In this document: positions 39,449-50,153 of the stretch, in pieces | Numbering within the stretch: position 1 is the first letter of the stretch | Layout of the letters: every line of letters begins with the position of its first letter | Program-made: the position numbers and the translations under genes | Notes under the pieces: model-generated | What the model was told of the DNA's origin: nothing | The model's input: the letters and a program-made list of their open reading frames with translations, nothing else | Database searches by the model: none | DNA from: a candidate division FCPU426 bacterium | GTDB taxonomy: Bacteria > Oederibacteriota > Muellerivitia > Muellerivitales > Muellerivitaceae | Assembly: GCA_963796105.1 (NCBI GenBank) | Contig: CAWCKJ010000004.1 | Coordinates: 896,001-960,000 of the forward strand | Reading direction: 5' to 3' | Length of the DNA: 64,000 nucleotides

Positions 39449-40531
39449 ATGAATTTCAGCAAATCCTTTTATTTGGGAATCCTCACTTCCTTATTCGGAT
39501 TGACCCTCTCGGCGGAAATCGCCTTAAGAATGACCGTTCCAACGGGGTTCTGGTACCGTCATTTTGATATTTCGGGGGACATGACCAGTCTGGCGGAATT
39601 AAGGGACCGAATTCAGTTTTTCCCAAAGAATGATTCCGGTGAACGACCTATCCTGTTGTTGGGCGACAGTGTTTTAGGCGCCAGCGCCCTGATGGAACAC
39701 CGCATTCCCGGCGCTAGGGAAAAAACCCTCACAAGTTTTTTAAGGAAAGACTTCCAAAACACAAAGGAATTCCCCCTGAGCTTGGGTTCCGACGGCCTTC
39801 TGCTTCCCGACATCGAGGCCCTGACACCCGAATTTCTTCCCCGGAAACCAAGCGAGATTCTCCTGTTATTGAACTTCCGGATGTTTTCCCAGGAGTTCAA
39901 CGAGGGGACTAAGGCCCTCTCGCGGTATTTCCTAAAAGACCATCTTCCGCAGGATGTTCAGCAAAGAATAGGCAATGATCCTAAATCCAATCCTGAATCC
40001 CGCCTGAGTGACGGGCTCTACGAATTCTTGAGCAGGCATTGGTTCCTTTTCCGGGAAACCCAAACAGCCAAAACCCTTTGGTATTACCCCAGCCAGAAGG
40101 ATTTTTTCCAAAGAATCCTGGAAAAAATAGTTGGGCAAAACGAAACTCAATTGGAAATCGTCGAGGCGGCTTTGAAGCAAAAGATAGCTTCCTACTACCA
40201 GCCTTATCTTTGGGACTCCAGGGAACTTCCCTTAACCTGCCTGAAGGTGGTCTTGGACCAGTGGGAAGCCCAGCATATCCCTGTTCTAGTCGTCATGACC
40301 CCTCAAAACAAAAAATTCATGGGTGACTATCTGGATGAAGCCAGCTTTGATAAGAATCGAAAAATTCTATCGGGTTTCATGAAGCCTTATCAAAAAGAGG
40401 GAATGTTGTATTTCGATTGGGCCGAACACTATCCCTCCTCCGACTTTCTTGATCACTGCCATTTGAACCAACAGGGTAACGAGAAATACGCTAAAGAACT
40501 GGCGGATTTATTGGAGAGGGAACTGCCATGA
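39449..40531 (+). CDS. Membrane-anchored SGNH-type protein (DltD/AlgJ-like position)
   Basis: N-terminal TM, LLLGDS catalytic-Ser motif, C-terminal DHCH (DxxH). Confidence 0.7.
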   Translation: MNFSKSFYLGILTSLFGLTLSAEIALRMTVPTGFWYRHFDISGDMTSLAELRDRIQFFPKNDSGERPILLLGDSVLGASALMEHRIPGAREKTLTSFLRKDFQNTKEFPLSLGSDGLLLPDIEALTPEFLPRKPSEILLLLNFRMFSQEFNEGTKALSRYFLKDHLPQDVQQRIGNDPKSNPESRLSDGLYEFLSRHWFLFRETQTAKTLWYYPSQKDFFQRILEKIVGQNETQLEIVEAALKQKIASYYQPYLWDSRELPLTCLKVVLDQWEAQHIPVLVVMTPQNKKFMGDYLDEASFDKNRKILSGFMKPYQKEGMLYFDWAEHYPSSDFLDHCHLNQQGNEKYAKELADLLERELP

Positions 40532-40650
40532 AAAACACCGATTTCTGGAAGGGGATGGGGGTCGGGATCATCCTGTTCCTTTTGGTCCTGGCGATCCTGC
40601 TTTTTTCCGGGGACCTGTCAGCCTCTAAATTCATTTACGTGGATTTTTGA
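40528..40650 (+). CDS. 40-aa DltX-like membrane peptide (not in ORF track)
   Basis: MKNTDFWKGMGVGIILFLLVLAILLFSGDLSASKFIYVDF*; ATGA overlap with the upstream stop; its stop abuts the MBOAT ATG; GGAG upstream. Confidence 0.85.
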   Translation: MKNTDFWKGMGVGIILFLLVLAILLFSGDLSASKFIYVDF

Positions 40651-41853
40651 ATGGTATTCAACACCAGCTGGTTCATGCTTTTTTTCTCAGGGTTTTACTT
40701 GGCCTTGTGGCTTATTCCGCATGCCCGGATCCGGTTTTTTTACCTCCTGATTTGCAGCGCTGTATTCCAGTATCACTTCGCGGGCCCGGCTGGCATCACT
40801 CCCATTATTATCATGGCCATTCTCACGTATTTTTTCGGTCTATGGGTCGCAAAATATCCGAAGGATAACCCATCCCGTAAAAAAATATTCACCCTGGGCC
40901 TACTGGTTCCGGTGGTTGGATTGCTTTGCTACAAATACCCCTCATTGCTGATGAATTCAGTGGGTTCCATGATCGGCGGGGGAGGGGGGCAATGGTTATC
41001 GAGCCACGCCTATCAACCAGCCTTACCCCTCGGGATTTCCTTTTTCACTTTTGAGTTTGTTCATTACCTGACGGATGTGTACCGCGGGTCCGAACCGGTC
41101 AAAAATCCTTTTAAATTCGGGATCTTCTGCCTTTTTTTCCCCTCTATCGTGGCGGGTCCCATCAAACGGTACCAGCCGTTCCTCGCCCAGTTAGAAAATG
41201 ATTTAAACCGCCCCCCCTGGCCCAAGGCCGTACTGGGCCTGGCGCAGATGTTTTTGGGTTTTTTCAAGAAGCTGGTCATCGCGGATAACGCCACCACCCT
41301 TATTCACCTTCTGGAAAAACGAACCGATTTGACCTTCGGGCCGGTTTGCTTGTTGCTGGCGCTCCTGTCTGTCAGGATTTTATTTGATTTCAGCGGTTAC
41401 AGTGATATCGCCATCGGGATCGGGAAAATGATCGGGCTCGACCTTCCGGTGAATTTTAATTTTCCCTACATTTCCAGGAATATCACCGAGTTTTGGAGGC
41501 GCTGGCATATGTCCCTGAGCAGTTGGATCAGGGATTACATCTACATTTCTTTAGGTGGCAATCGACTGGGAGTGATTAGAAAATTCTTCAATCTTATGGT
41601 GACCATGTTCGTCTGCGGTTTATGGCACGGGGCCAGCTGGCATTTCGGACTCTGGGGCCTTTATCATGGCATGGGGTTGGTGCTTCATAATCTCTGGGAA
41701 AAATCGACTTTTGGACGAAAGTGGTTTTCCTTCGGATTAACGCGATGGATGGATATTGCGGTGACAAATATATTTGTTGCCTATGGCTGGCTTTTGTTTT
41801 TTTATCCCATGGATGAGGTCTTGAAAATCACCCGCCATTTGATCCATCTGTAA
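40651..41853 (+). CDS. MBOAT family O-acyltransferase (AlgI/PatA/DltB-like)
   Basis: LPLGISFFTFE, FFP..VAGPI.R, DFSGYSDIA, NF.FPY, FWRRWHMSLSSW, GLWHG. Confidence 0.93.
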   Translation: MVFNTSWFMLFFSGFYLALWLIPHARIRFFYLLICSAVFQYHFAGPAGITPIIIMAILTYFFGLWVAKYPKDNPSRKKIFTLGLLVPVVGLLCYKYPSLLMNSVGSMIGGGGGQWLSSHAYQPALPLGISFFTFEFVHYLTDVYRGSEPVKNPFKFGIFCLFFPSIVAGPIKRYQPFLAQLENDLNRPPWPKAVLGLAQMFLGFFKKLVIADNATTLIHLLEKRTDLTFGPVCLLLALLSVRILFDFSGYSDIAIGIGKMIGLDLPVNFNFPYISRNITEFWRRWHMSLSSWIRDYIYISLGGNRLGVIRKFFNLMVTMFVCGLWHGASWHFGLWGLYHGMGLVLHNLWEKSTFGRKWFSFGLTRWMDIAVTNIFVAYGWLLFFYPMDEVLKITRHLIHL

Positions 41854-41868
41854 ATTTTGGGAGTCCAT

Positions 41869-43857
41869 ATGCGCGCCAAGCGCCCGACAAAATACATTCT
41901 CACCTTGAAAATATTGATCGTTTTCCTGCTTTTTTCAAGTCCACCCATTCGTCCCGTCTTCGGCATAACCCCGATGGAGTATTTTAACAGCCTGGTGGCA
42001 GGGAGGGATGACGCCGGTTTTCGGGACGGGACTTTTTCACAGGCTCTTTTCGATCATCCCAACGGACTTGCCATCGATGATTCCGGCAATCGGCTTTTTG
42101 TGGCCGATTCGGGCAACCATCGGATCAGGCTAGTTCATTTAGATGAGGATAGCCGGGTGGAAACCTTAGCTGGTAACGCTACCCTGGGCGGGACCGACGG
42201 ACCCTTGTTGCAATCTTCATTCAACCAACCATCGGTTTTGGCTTATCTGCCGGGGGACCGGATTGTCGTTTATGAATGGGGAGGTGACCTGCGTTTAATT
42301 GATATCAGGAATAATTTCGTCTCCACCTTGGCCGGCAATAAGGCCGAAACAGGCCTGAGTACCATCTGGGGCCTGGGTTACAGCACTCAGGATGACTCGC
42401 TGTATTTTACCGAGCCCGATGAGAAGAGGTTGAGGAAGATGGATATGAAGTCCCGGAAGATTTCGACGGTTTTTTCCGATAACGCCCAAGTGCCCAGGCC
42501 CCGGGCCGTTTGTGTCTGTGAAAACAAGCTTTACGTGGCGGATTTTGATTTGTCGGAAATCTACCAAGTGGAACCCTCGGATAACACCTCCACACCCGCC
42601 GCATTGATAAAAGCTGGAATGGGAAACCATGTTCACGCTTTGGCCGGTTCAAGCGGGGTTCTCTACGCCGCTCAGGAAGGGCCTGATCCCGTGGTTCGGG
42701 TTTTGCCGGACCCCCATCCGGTCAAGCAGGCGACAGCGTGGGGATTTTTGGCGGAGAACAACGATCCAAATACGGAACCCCTTATGGATTTTTCAGAAAG
42801 AAATTCCCTGGCCGGCTTCGTGGTTTCGCCGAAGGAGAAGCGCAAGTTATTTATCACCTGTCCGGATATGTTTCAATCGATCATCAGTGTGAAGGATTAT
42901 GACTTTGAAAAAAATTGGAATTCATTTACCAGCGATGATTTTGATTATCCCGACGAAAAACCGGTTCAAACATTTCGCATATTGGTAGTGGGGGACTCAA
43001 GGGTCAAGGGCGCGGCGCTCCCGACTTCTGTTGACTTTTTGGGAGATACCCTGGATGCCGATATAATTAAATGGGACCACGCTTCCTCGAGTTGGACGAA
43101 TACCTTTGCCAAGCAGGTGGAATTTCTTTTGAATGCCAAGGCCGCCTTAAGCGGGGTGAGGCGCCATTTTGAGGTTTTAACATTGAGTGTGGAGGGTGTG
43201 GCTTCAGGCTCCCTCATTAACGCTCCCGCCTTGGATTTGGTGAAGAAAAAAGACGTGGATCTTGTCCTCGCATTGGCGGCTTCCTCAACCTATCAGGATT
43301 ACTTTATGTATCCATTAACGGCCGAAGGTATTCCCGGAAGATTTGATCCTGAATATGCTTTGAAGCCGGTTAATTCTCGGATTCCTCCCGGAGTCCCCCG
43401 GCACTTATACGATCTTTGTATGAAGAAAAATTTACTCAGGTTGGAAAATAACCAATTTGTTTGGACCATTGACTGGGATAAGTGGGATAGTTTTGATCCG
43501 GAAATTCGTAAGGATTTGATGGAATTAACGGCCAGGCCCTTCCAAGTCAGTCAAACTGGGCTTCAAAACCTTATAACGTCGGGCGGCAACCCCAGAAAAT
43601 TAATTGTCCTTTATGTGCCTTGGAGGAATTGGAAAAATGAGAGTTATGAACATTTCTGGAGGGACACTTGTTCGGAAGAACACTTAAACCTGATGGATTT
43701 AAGCGATCCTTTTTACGCCCTGAAAACGTGTTTTTATCCGACTGCCCAGAGGCTTCACACGCATCATTATTTAATACACGGGAACACCCTTATCGCGTAT
43801 CTATTAAGTCATTATTTGACTGAACAGAAATGGGTACCATTTAATATTGTAAAATGA
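41869..43857 (+). CDS. Secreted NHL-repeat beta-propeller with C-terminal SGNH-like domain
   Basis: Signal peptide, F.HPNGLA...LFVADSGNHRIR, later RILVVGDS and terminal HY..HGN. Confidence 0.75.
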   Translation: MRAKRPTKYILTLKILIVFLLFSSPPIRPVFGITPMEYFNSLVAGRDDAGFRDGTFSQALFDHPNGLAIDDSGNRLFVADSGNHRIRLVHLDEDSRVETLAGNATLGGTDGPLLQSSFNQPSVLAYLPGDRIVVYEWGGDLRLIDIRNNFVSTLAGNKAETGLSTIWGLGYSTQDDSLYFTEPDEKRLRKMDMKSRKISTVFSDNAQVPRPRAVCVCENKLYVADFDLSEIYQVEPSDNTSTPAALIKAGMGNHVHALAGSSGVLYAAQEGPDPVVRVLPDPHPVKQATAWGFLAENNDPNTEPLMDFSERNSLAGFVVSPKEKRKLFITCPDMFQSIISVKDYDFEKNWNSFTSDDFDYPDEKPVQTFRILVVGDSRVKGAALPTSVDFLGDTLDADIIKWDHASSSWTNTFAKQVEFLLNAKAALSGVRRHFEVLTLSVEGVASGSLINAPALDLVKKKDVDLVLALAASSTYQDYFMYPLTAEGIPGRFDPEYALKPVNSRIPPGVPRHLYDLCMKKNLLRLENNQFVWTIDWDKWDSFDPEIRKDLMELTARPFQVSQTGLQNLITSGGNPRKLIVLYVPWRNWKNESYEHFWRDTCSEEHLNLMDLSDPFYALKTCFYPTAQRLHTHHYLIHGNTLIAYLLSHYLTEQKWVPFNIVK

Positions 43858-44269
43858 ATCATTTCAAGAGGCCTCACAGCCGGAAGCTTTCCAAGATTTA
43901 TCCATTATTCTCTTTTGATTTTTTTAACCGGTTATCCCCAAACCAAAATGAATCAAACAACAAATAAACAGTTTCAATGCATGAGGGTTTGGAAGGATCC
44001 GTAAAATCAACCGAGGCCATTACCGCAATTTTTTTCCATCTTAATGCAGTTTATTCCCCATCTGAATCAAAGTTATATTTTTAGGAATGAAAGCCAAACA
44101 ACTTCTCAAGAAGTGTAAAAAGCCTTGTAAAACATACAATTTCCTAATTTTTTAATAATTTTAAAAAATTTTTGAATTAAATCAGCCGCTTGCCGTCTAT
44201 ATGGCAGGAAGTCATCAATTTAATTTGTCATTAGATAATATTTTGGTGTTCCTTATCTCGGAGGTCAGA

Positions 44270-47200
44270 ATGAACCGGTGGTCTTATTTAGTTATAGTTT
44301 CATTCTTCTCCTTGCTTGCATCCCGTCTTCGGCATAACCCCCATGGACTATTTCAACAGCCTGGTGGCAGGGAGGGATGACGCCGGTTTCCGGGATGGGG
44401 TATTTTCACAAGCTCTTTTCGATCATCCAAGCGGATTGGCGATTGATGATAGCGGAAACCGGCTTTTTGTGGCAGATTCCAGAAACCATCGGATCAGGTT
44501 AGTTCATTTAGATGAGGCTAACCGTGTGGAAACACTAACTGGAGGCTGGTGTGCGCCCCAAACCTTGGACAGTTTTTACTCCAAGTTGAGAATAGGTTTT
44601 CCGGCGATTGGTTTGAGTGACTTTAAAGCCTCGAACTCCTCAGGCGGCATGTAGCCGATAGAAGAATGCAACCGTTTTTTGTTATACACCTCCTCGATGA
44701 AGTATGGAAGTCTTTGAAGCACTTCCTGATAAGTTTCGTAATTGAATAGATGCACCTCCTCATATTTCAAGGTTTTGAAAAAGGATTCCGCATTTGCATT
44801 GTCGTAAGGGTTGCCTGTCCTGGACATGCTGATCCTTAATCCTTTGGACTCAAGCAGGGCCACGTAATCCCAGCAGGCATATTGCACCCCTCTGTCTGAA
44901 TGGTGGATGCATCCCGGAAGAGGATTCCTTTCCTCTAAAGCCATGCGTAAAGCCGAAAGCGACAACTCCCGATCCAGTCTCTTGGAAACCGCCCACCCGA
45001 TCACCTTTCTGGAAAAACGATCCAGAATGGCCGCCAGATAAACAAAGCAAGTGAGGATTCGGATATAGGTAATATCCGCCACCCACACTTGATTGACAGC
45101 AGTTTCTGCCACCCTTTCCAAGAGGTTGGGGAACACCGGCAGGTCGTGATTGGATTGGGTGGTTTGGATCTTGAACCTTTTCCCCCAAATAATAGGGTAA
45201 AGACCGTATTTCCTTACCACCCGCCGAATCCGTTTGGCGTTAATCCTTAATCCCTCCCGTAAAAAGTGGTGGTAGAGCCTCCGATAGCCGTAGTAGGGGA
45301 AGGTCAATCTCACCTGCTCGATTCGGTTCTTTAAGTCCAAATCTCTTTGTTCCTGAATCTCCGGTTCACTTTTAAGTGCAGAATAATAGGTACTTCGAGG
45401 AAGCCCCATCATTTGGCATCCTCTTGAAATTGAGCCAAATTCCTTGAGGTGATCACGGAGGTATCGAGCTTTCTCTGGTTTTCCGCGTATTTTTGGAATT
45501 TTTTTAAAAGGTCTATCGCCATGATCAATTCCCCAATCTTGGCTTTGAGTTTCTCATTCTCTTTTTCCAATATTTTTTCGTGAAGGGAAGGTTTTTCAAC
45601 CAAGGTTCCTTGGCGATATTTATCGCGCCAACGGGTTATAACGCTTGGATTGAGCTGGTATTGACGAGCAGCTTCATTGAGCGATAGGCCAGTTTCTACC
45701 TCGTGGACGACTTGTTCTTTGAAATCAATACTGAACTTCCGTCTTATTTTACCCATTTGGAAATGCTCCTTTGGGGGGTTACCCCTTGAGCCGTTTCCCT
45801 ATTCTCTATTTTTTGCTTCAACTGTCCAACTTGTAGGGCGCGTTCCAGGCGATACTTCAGGAAATTTTGATGGGCCGCTATCAAAAGCTTCCTTTAACCA
45901 ACCCACAGTCTTGGCCTACCTGCCAGATGAAAGTCTGGTGGTTTATGACGCAGGCGCTAAAAATCTTCGATTGATTGATCTTAAGAAAAAAACGGTTAGA
46001 ACGGTGGCGGGAAACTCTATCGAGACAAACCTTGGAGAGATTTGGGGTTTAAGTTATTGCCTGAAAGATGACAGTGTTTATTTTACTGAACCAAACGAGA
46101 ATAGATTGAGAAAATTGAGCATGAAATCAAGAAAGCTTTCAATGGTTTTTCAAAATAATCCTCAAATACCAAAACCGCGGGCAATCTGTGTCAACGAAAA
46201 TAATATTTATATTGCTGATGCTGAGTTGCCGGAGATTTACCAAGTGGAACTCTTGGTAATTCTAATGCGCCTGAGTTTCCTATGATAAACGTTGGTGTTT
46301 GTAAAAATGTACATGCTTTGGCCGGGACAAATGGGGCGCTTTATGCAGTCCAAGAGGGGCCCAATGCCATTGTTCGTATATTGCCGGATAATCAACCAGT
46401 AAGCATGGCAACGGCATGGGGCAGTGTGGTTGAGAATGATGATCCTGTCGCTGAACCCCTTTTTAATTTCAAACACGAAGATTCGCCATCAGGTTTTGTT
46501 GTTTCGTCCAAAGAAACACGCAAACTGTATATTACCTGCCCTGACATGGTTCAATCCATCATGAGCGTTAAGGATTATAATTTTGGAAAATCATGGAACG
46601 TGGATTATTATTCCGCGGCGGATGATTTTGACTATCCTGATGAAAAGCCCGCAGGAACATTCCGTATTCTCATCGTCGGGGATTCAAGGGCAAAAAGTGC
46701 GATGCCTTCCACACCGTCGGATAAAAGAAGTAATTTATCCACTGATGACGTCATAAAATGGGACAACGAGTCCACAAAACGGATGAATTCATTCCCCAAA
46801 CAACTGGAATTTCTCTTGAATGCCTATGCGTCTTTGAACGGTGCGAGAAATCATTTTGAAGTTTTGACGCTGAGTTTGGCGGGCGCCAAGTCGGTATATC
46901 GTATAAATGGGCCCGCTTTAGAGTTGGTGAGAAAAAAAGATGTGGATCTAGTCATCGCTTTGACAACAGAATCCAACTATACGGATTTTTTTTGTAACCC
47001 TTTAACGGCAGATGGTATCCCCGGGGGTTTCGATCCCGAATATGCGCTTAAACCGCTTGAATCAAGGATTTATCCGGGTGTTCCGCGTCACTTATTCGAA
47101 CTTTGCAAAAAGAGAAATTTTGTTCGGATTGAAAAAAACCAAATATGGTGGTCAATAGATTGGACCCAATGGGATAGTTTCGGTCCTGAAATTCAAAAAG

Positions 47201-47544
47201 ACTTGATGGATTTAACAGCCAGGCCATTTCGGGTTTTTCAAGACAAGCTTCAATCCATGAAAACTTCCAAAGGGGTCACCAAGGAACTTCTTATGTTATA
47301 TATACCCTGGGAGTATTGGAAAAATGATGTATTCAACCGATTTTGGAGGGAGACTTGTTCTGAACAACATTTGAACTTACTTGACTTAAGCGAATCATAT
47401 TATGCAATGAAAACAAGTTTCTATCCCACTAATCAAATACAACTCTCGCGCCATTATTTATTACATGGAAATACCCTTATAGCATTGCTTTTAAGTCACT
47501 TTTTAACCGACCAGAAATGGGTTCAGCTTGATATTGAAAAATAG
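44270..47544 (+). pseudogene. Disrupted paralogue of the NHL+SGNH gene
   Basis: GGAGG plus ATG 44270; frameshift near 44310; IS3 insertion after ETLTGG; second frameshift near 46250; remainder colinear with 41869-43857. Confidence 0.85.
44547..45847 (-). mobile_element. IS3-family insertion sequence, copy 2 (1301 bp; orfA 45409-45756, orfB 44576-45412)
   Basis: Same ends and identical ORF translations as copy 1; GGC target duplication at 44544-44546 and 45848-45850. Confidence 0.95.
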
Positions 47545-47752
47545 AATTTCCTAAGTTGGAGAATTTCAAGCGCGGCTTAAGGATTCCCGTTTTCAGGAAA
47601 TACCTGTAGCATATTCAACGATATTGTGTTTAACATGAATTAAAACAAATTCGATATGTTATCCTTAATCGGATTGGGAAGTACTTGAGATTGTCTCCCG
47701 TTGAACAATATGACATGCCTGACTCATTAAAATTATTTTTTGGAGGTCGACA

Positions 47753-48280
47753 ATGTTAAAGATGATGTTTTTTAGCGTTTATTTAATCGCCATTAACATG
47801 CTTTATTCACAAGATACCCCTGTTCCCGCGACTGGCAGCCAAACGAACGGTGTAGCCACGCTCGACCTTACGCCCACCCCCTGGATTGTGAGCGAGTGGA
47901 AAGAAGAGGTTCTTCCTTGGGCCGCCTGGTTCAAGAAAAACACGATGGTCACCGATAAAACCGATTATGTTCATTTCTTTTGGAACGCGCAGGACTTCAA
48001 GCCGAACTTCGAGGGAAAGGAAAAAAAATCACGTTTGTCCGAGGCCGCCTTGGAGCTGGTGAAACGCCTTTATCCCGCCGATGCTAAGGCCGATGCGGTC
48101 AAGGTCGACATTGTTTACGTCCTGGAGAGGGATTCCTATGGTCAGCCGAAGTGGGACAGCCTGCAACAGGTGGCCCACTATGAGTTTGTCAAATCCAAGG
48201 CCCTGAAATTAATCGGGAAGAAAACACGGCTTACCGAAGCCTTGATAACAAAGGCTTTCGACAAGCTCGTTATTTATTAA
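47753..48280 (+). CDS. Exported hypothetical protein
   Basis: GGAGG RBS, signal-like N-terminus, 175 aa. Confidence 0.7.
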   Translation: MLKMMFFSVYLIAINMLYSQDTPVPATGSQTNGVATLDLTPTPWIVSEWKEEVLPWAAWFKKNTMVTDKTDYVHFFWNAQDFKPNFEGKEKKSRLSEAALELVKRLYPADAKADAVKVDIVYVLERDSYGQPKWDSLQQVAHYEFVKSKALKLIGKKTRLTEALITKAFDKLVIY

Positions 48281-48396
48281 AAATGCTTCTAGGGGATGCT
48301 AGAGGTCCCAGCGTCGTGATTCCTTGATATTGGTATTTTTTCCGAATAAACTACGAATTCCTCAAATACCCTAAAATCTTTATCTATAGTTAGGCA

Positions 48397-48473
48397 GGAC
48401 GTTTAGCTCAGCTGGTTAGAGCGTCGCGTTCACATCGCGAAGGTCACTGGTTCAAGTCCAGTAACGTCCACCA
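48397..48473 (+). tRNA. tRNA-Val (anticodon CAC)
   Basis: Acceptor GGACGTT/AACGTCC, D arm GCTC...GAGC, anticodon arm TCGCG-TTCACAT-CGCGA, T arm ACTGG-TTCAAGT-CCAGT, encoded CCA. Confidence 0.96.
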
Positions 48474-48477
48474 TTCG

Positions 48478-48513
48478 AAAAAGCCTGTTTCCCGGCGGAA
48501 ATGGGCTTTTTTT
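48478..48513 (+). terminator. Rho-independent terminator after tRNA-Val
   Basis: AAAAAGCCTGTTTCC-cggc-GGAAATGGGCTTTTTTT. Confidence 0.8.
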
Positions 48514-48616
48514 ATTCGGGATTTGTTATAGGTTTAAAATAGTTTATCTTAAGTTCCGGGATTAATCCTGGTATGACGTTCCGAACAGATGAATAAAGAA
48601 AAGGATTCTGGGCCAT

Positions 48617-49267
48617 ATGAACGACGACCGAATGGAAGAGCGCCGGGACATGGTGAAGGAACAGTTGGAAAAGAGGGCCATTCGGGAACCCCGGCTCCTG
48701 AAGGCCATGCTGGATGTTCCACGCCACCTCTTCGTGCCGCCCCATTTGCAGGAGGACGCCTATAAGGATGGCGCTTTGGAAACGGGTAAAGGGCAATCCA
48801 TCAGCCAGCCCTATATCGTGGCCTCCATGATCCAGTCCATCGAGCCCCAGACCACCCACCGGATCCTGGAAGTCGGGACGGGAAGCGGTTACTCGGCCGC
48901 GGTTTTATCTTGCCTGGTGCAAAAGGTTTATACCATCGAGCGGGATGAGAGCTTGATATCTCCGGCCTTGAGGATATTCAAGGACCTGAGCCTGTCCAAT
49001 ATCCAGGTGAAAAAAGGGGATGGCTCCATCGGCTGGGCCGAGGAAAAACCTTTTGACTCGATCCTGGTGACAGCGGCGGTTCCCCAGACCCCTCCCGCCC
49101 TGGCGTCCCAATTAAAAGTGGGAGGAGTCATGGTTCTTCCCGTCGGCGGGAGGGGAGAACAAAAACTTTTCAGGGTGGTGAAGCGGGGAGAGGGCCGGTA
49201 CCAGGAAAAAGAACTTTACGCCGTCCGCTTCGTTCCCTTGATTGGGGAACAAGCTTGGAAAGAATAA
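48617..49267 (+). CDS. pcm: Protein-L-isoaspartate O-methyltransferase
   Basis: VPRHLFV, QSISQPYIVA, LEVGTGSGY, GDGSIGW, PFD.ILVTAA, VRFVPL. Confidence 0.95.
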   Translation: MNDDRMEERRDMVKEQLEKRAIREPRLLKAMLDVPRHLFVPPHLQEDAYKDGALETGKGQSISQPYIVASMIQSIEPQTTHRILEVGTGSGYSAAVLSCLVQKVYTIERDESLISPALRIFKDLSLSNIQVKKGDGSIGWAEEKPFDSILVTAAVPQTPPALASQLKVGGVMVLPVGGRGEQKLFRVVKRGEGRYQEKELYAVRFVPLIGEQAWKE

Positions 49268-49308
49268 AATATATGAACGTATCAGCGATAAATTCGATAG
49301 ACTTTCAG

Positions 49309-50127
49309 ATGAAAAATATTTTTCGATTTTTGATAGCGGTTTTGCCATGCTTTATTTTCCAAACCGGCAGGTGCCTGGCCGAAGATTCCGAAAAATCCGC
49401 CTCGTACGAGTTCCAAAAGGGATTGGCGGCCCTTCAAGAGAGGAACTTCGAGGAGGCCAAGAAATGGTTCCTTTATTCCGCGAATAAGGGAAATGCCGAC
49501 GCGCAATATTTCACCGGTTACATGGACTCGAAGGGTTGGACGGGGAAGGTTGATTGGGACCAGGCATTCCTTTGGTTCAAGAAGTCGGCCAAAGCCGGGA
49601 AAAAGGAAGCCCAATACCAGACCGCATGCTGTTATTTTGATGGAAAGGGGACAAAGAAGGACCCGATCTTGGGTATGGAATGGCTGGAGAAAGCCGTGAA
49701 TCAGGGGGAAGCGGACGCCGAGTGCCGATTGGGAATCTGTTACGGTAAAGGAGAGGGAGTTCCGGTCAATCAAAAGATGGCTATAAAGTGTTTCAAATCC
49801 GCCTTGGAGCATGGGTGTAAATTGATTCCCAAAGACCCAGCTCTTTGGGGCCTGGAAGGGGCATCCATAACCGTGTCCGGTTATTTAAAGTCCAATATCG
49901 ACAAAGCATCCGGGAAAATCACGGGTTGGGTTTTGTTCCTGGAGAAGCCTATCTCATTGGGAAAGAAAAAAAATATACCGGCCGTTCATGTGGAGCCCAC
50001 CCTCGTGACGGACGAGATGTCCCAGCAAAGGGTTCAGGTCAAAGGCGTTTATCACTGGCTGAATAATCCCCAACAGGGGTTTGAGTTGGAAATCATCCCC
50101 GTCAAAATCGAAGTTCAGGATCAATAA
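49309..50127 (+). CDS. Secreted Sel1-repeat protein
   Basis: Signal peptide, several Sel1 repeats, C-terminal domain shared with 2146-3609. Confidence 0.85.
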   Translation: MKNIFRFLIAVLPCFIFQTGRCLAEDSEKSASYEFQKGLAALQERNFEEAKKWFLYSANKGNADAQYFTGYMDSKGWTGKVDWDQAFLWFKKSAKAGKKEAQYQTACCYFDGKGTKKDPILGMEWLEKAVNQGEADAECRLGICYGKGEGVPVNQKMAIKCFKSALEHGCKLIPKDPALWGLEGASITVSGYLKSNIDKASGKITGWVLFLEKPISLGKKKNIPAVHVEPTLVTDEMSQQRVQVKGVYHWLNNPQQGFELEIIPVKIEVQDQ

Positions 50128-50153
50128 TCGATCAACATCTATTAAACCTACGC

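Noticed and set aside
45677..46285. Standalone 202-aa gene
   Set aside because: Chimeric read-through from the IS end into the middle fragment of the disrupted NHL gene
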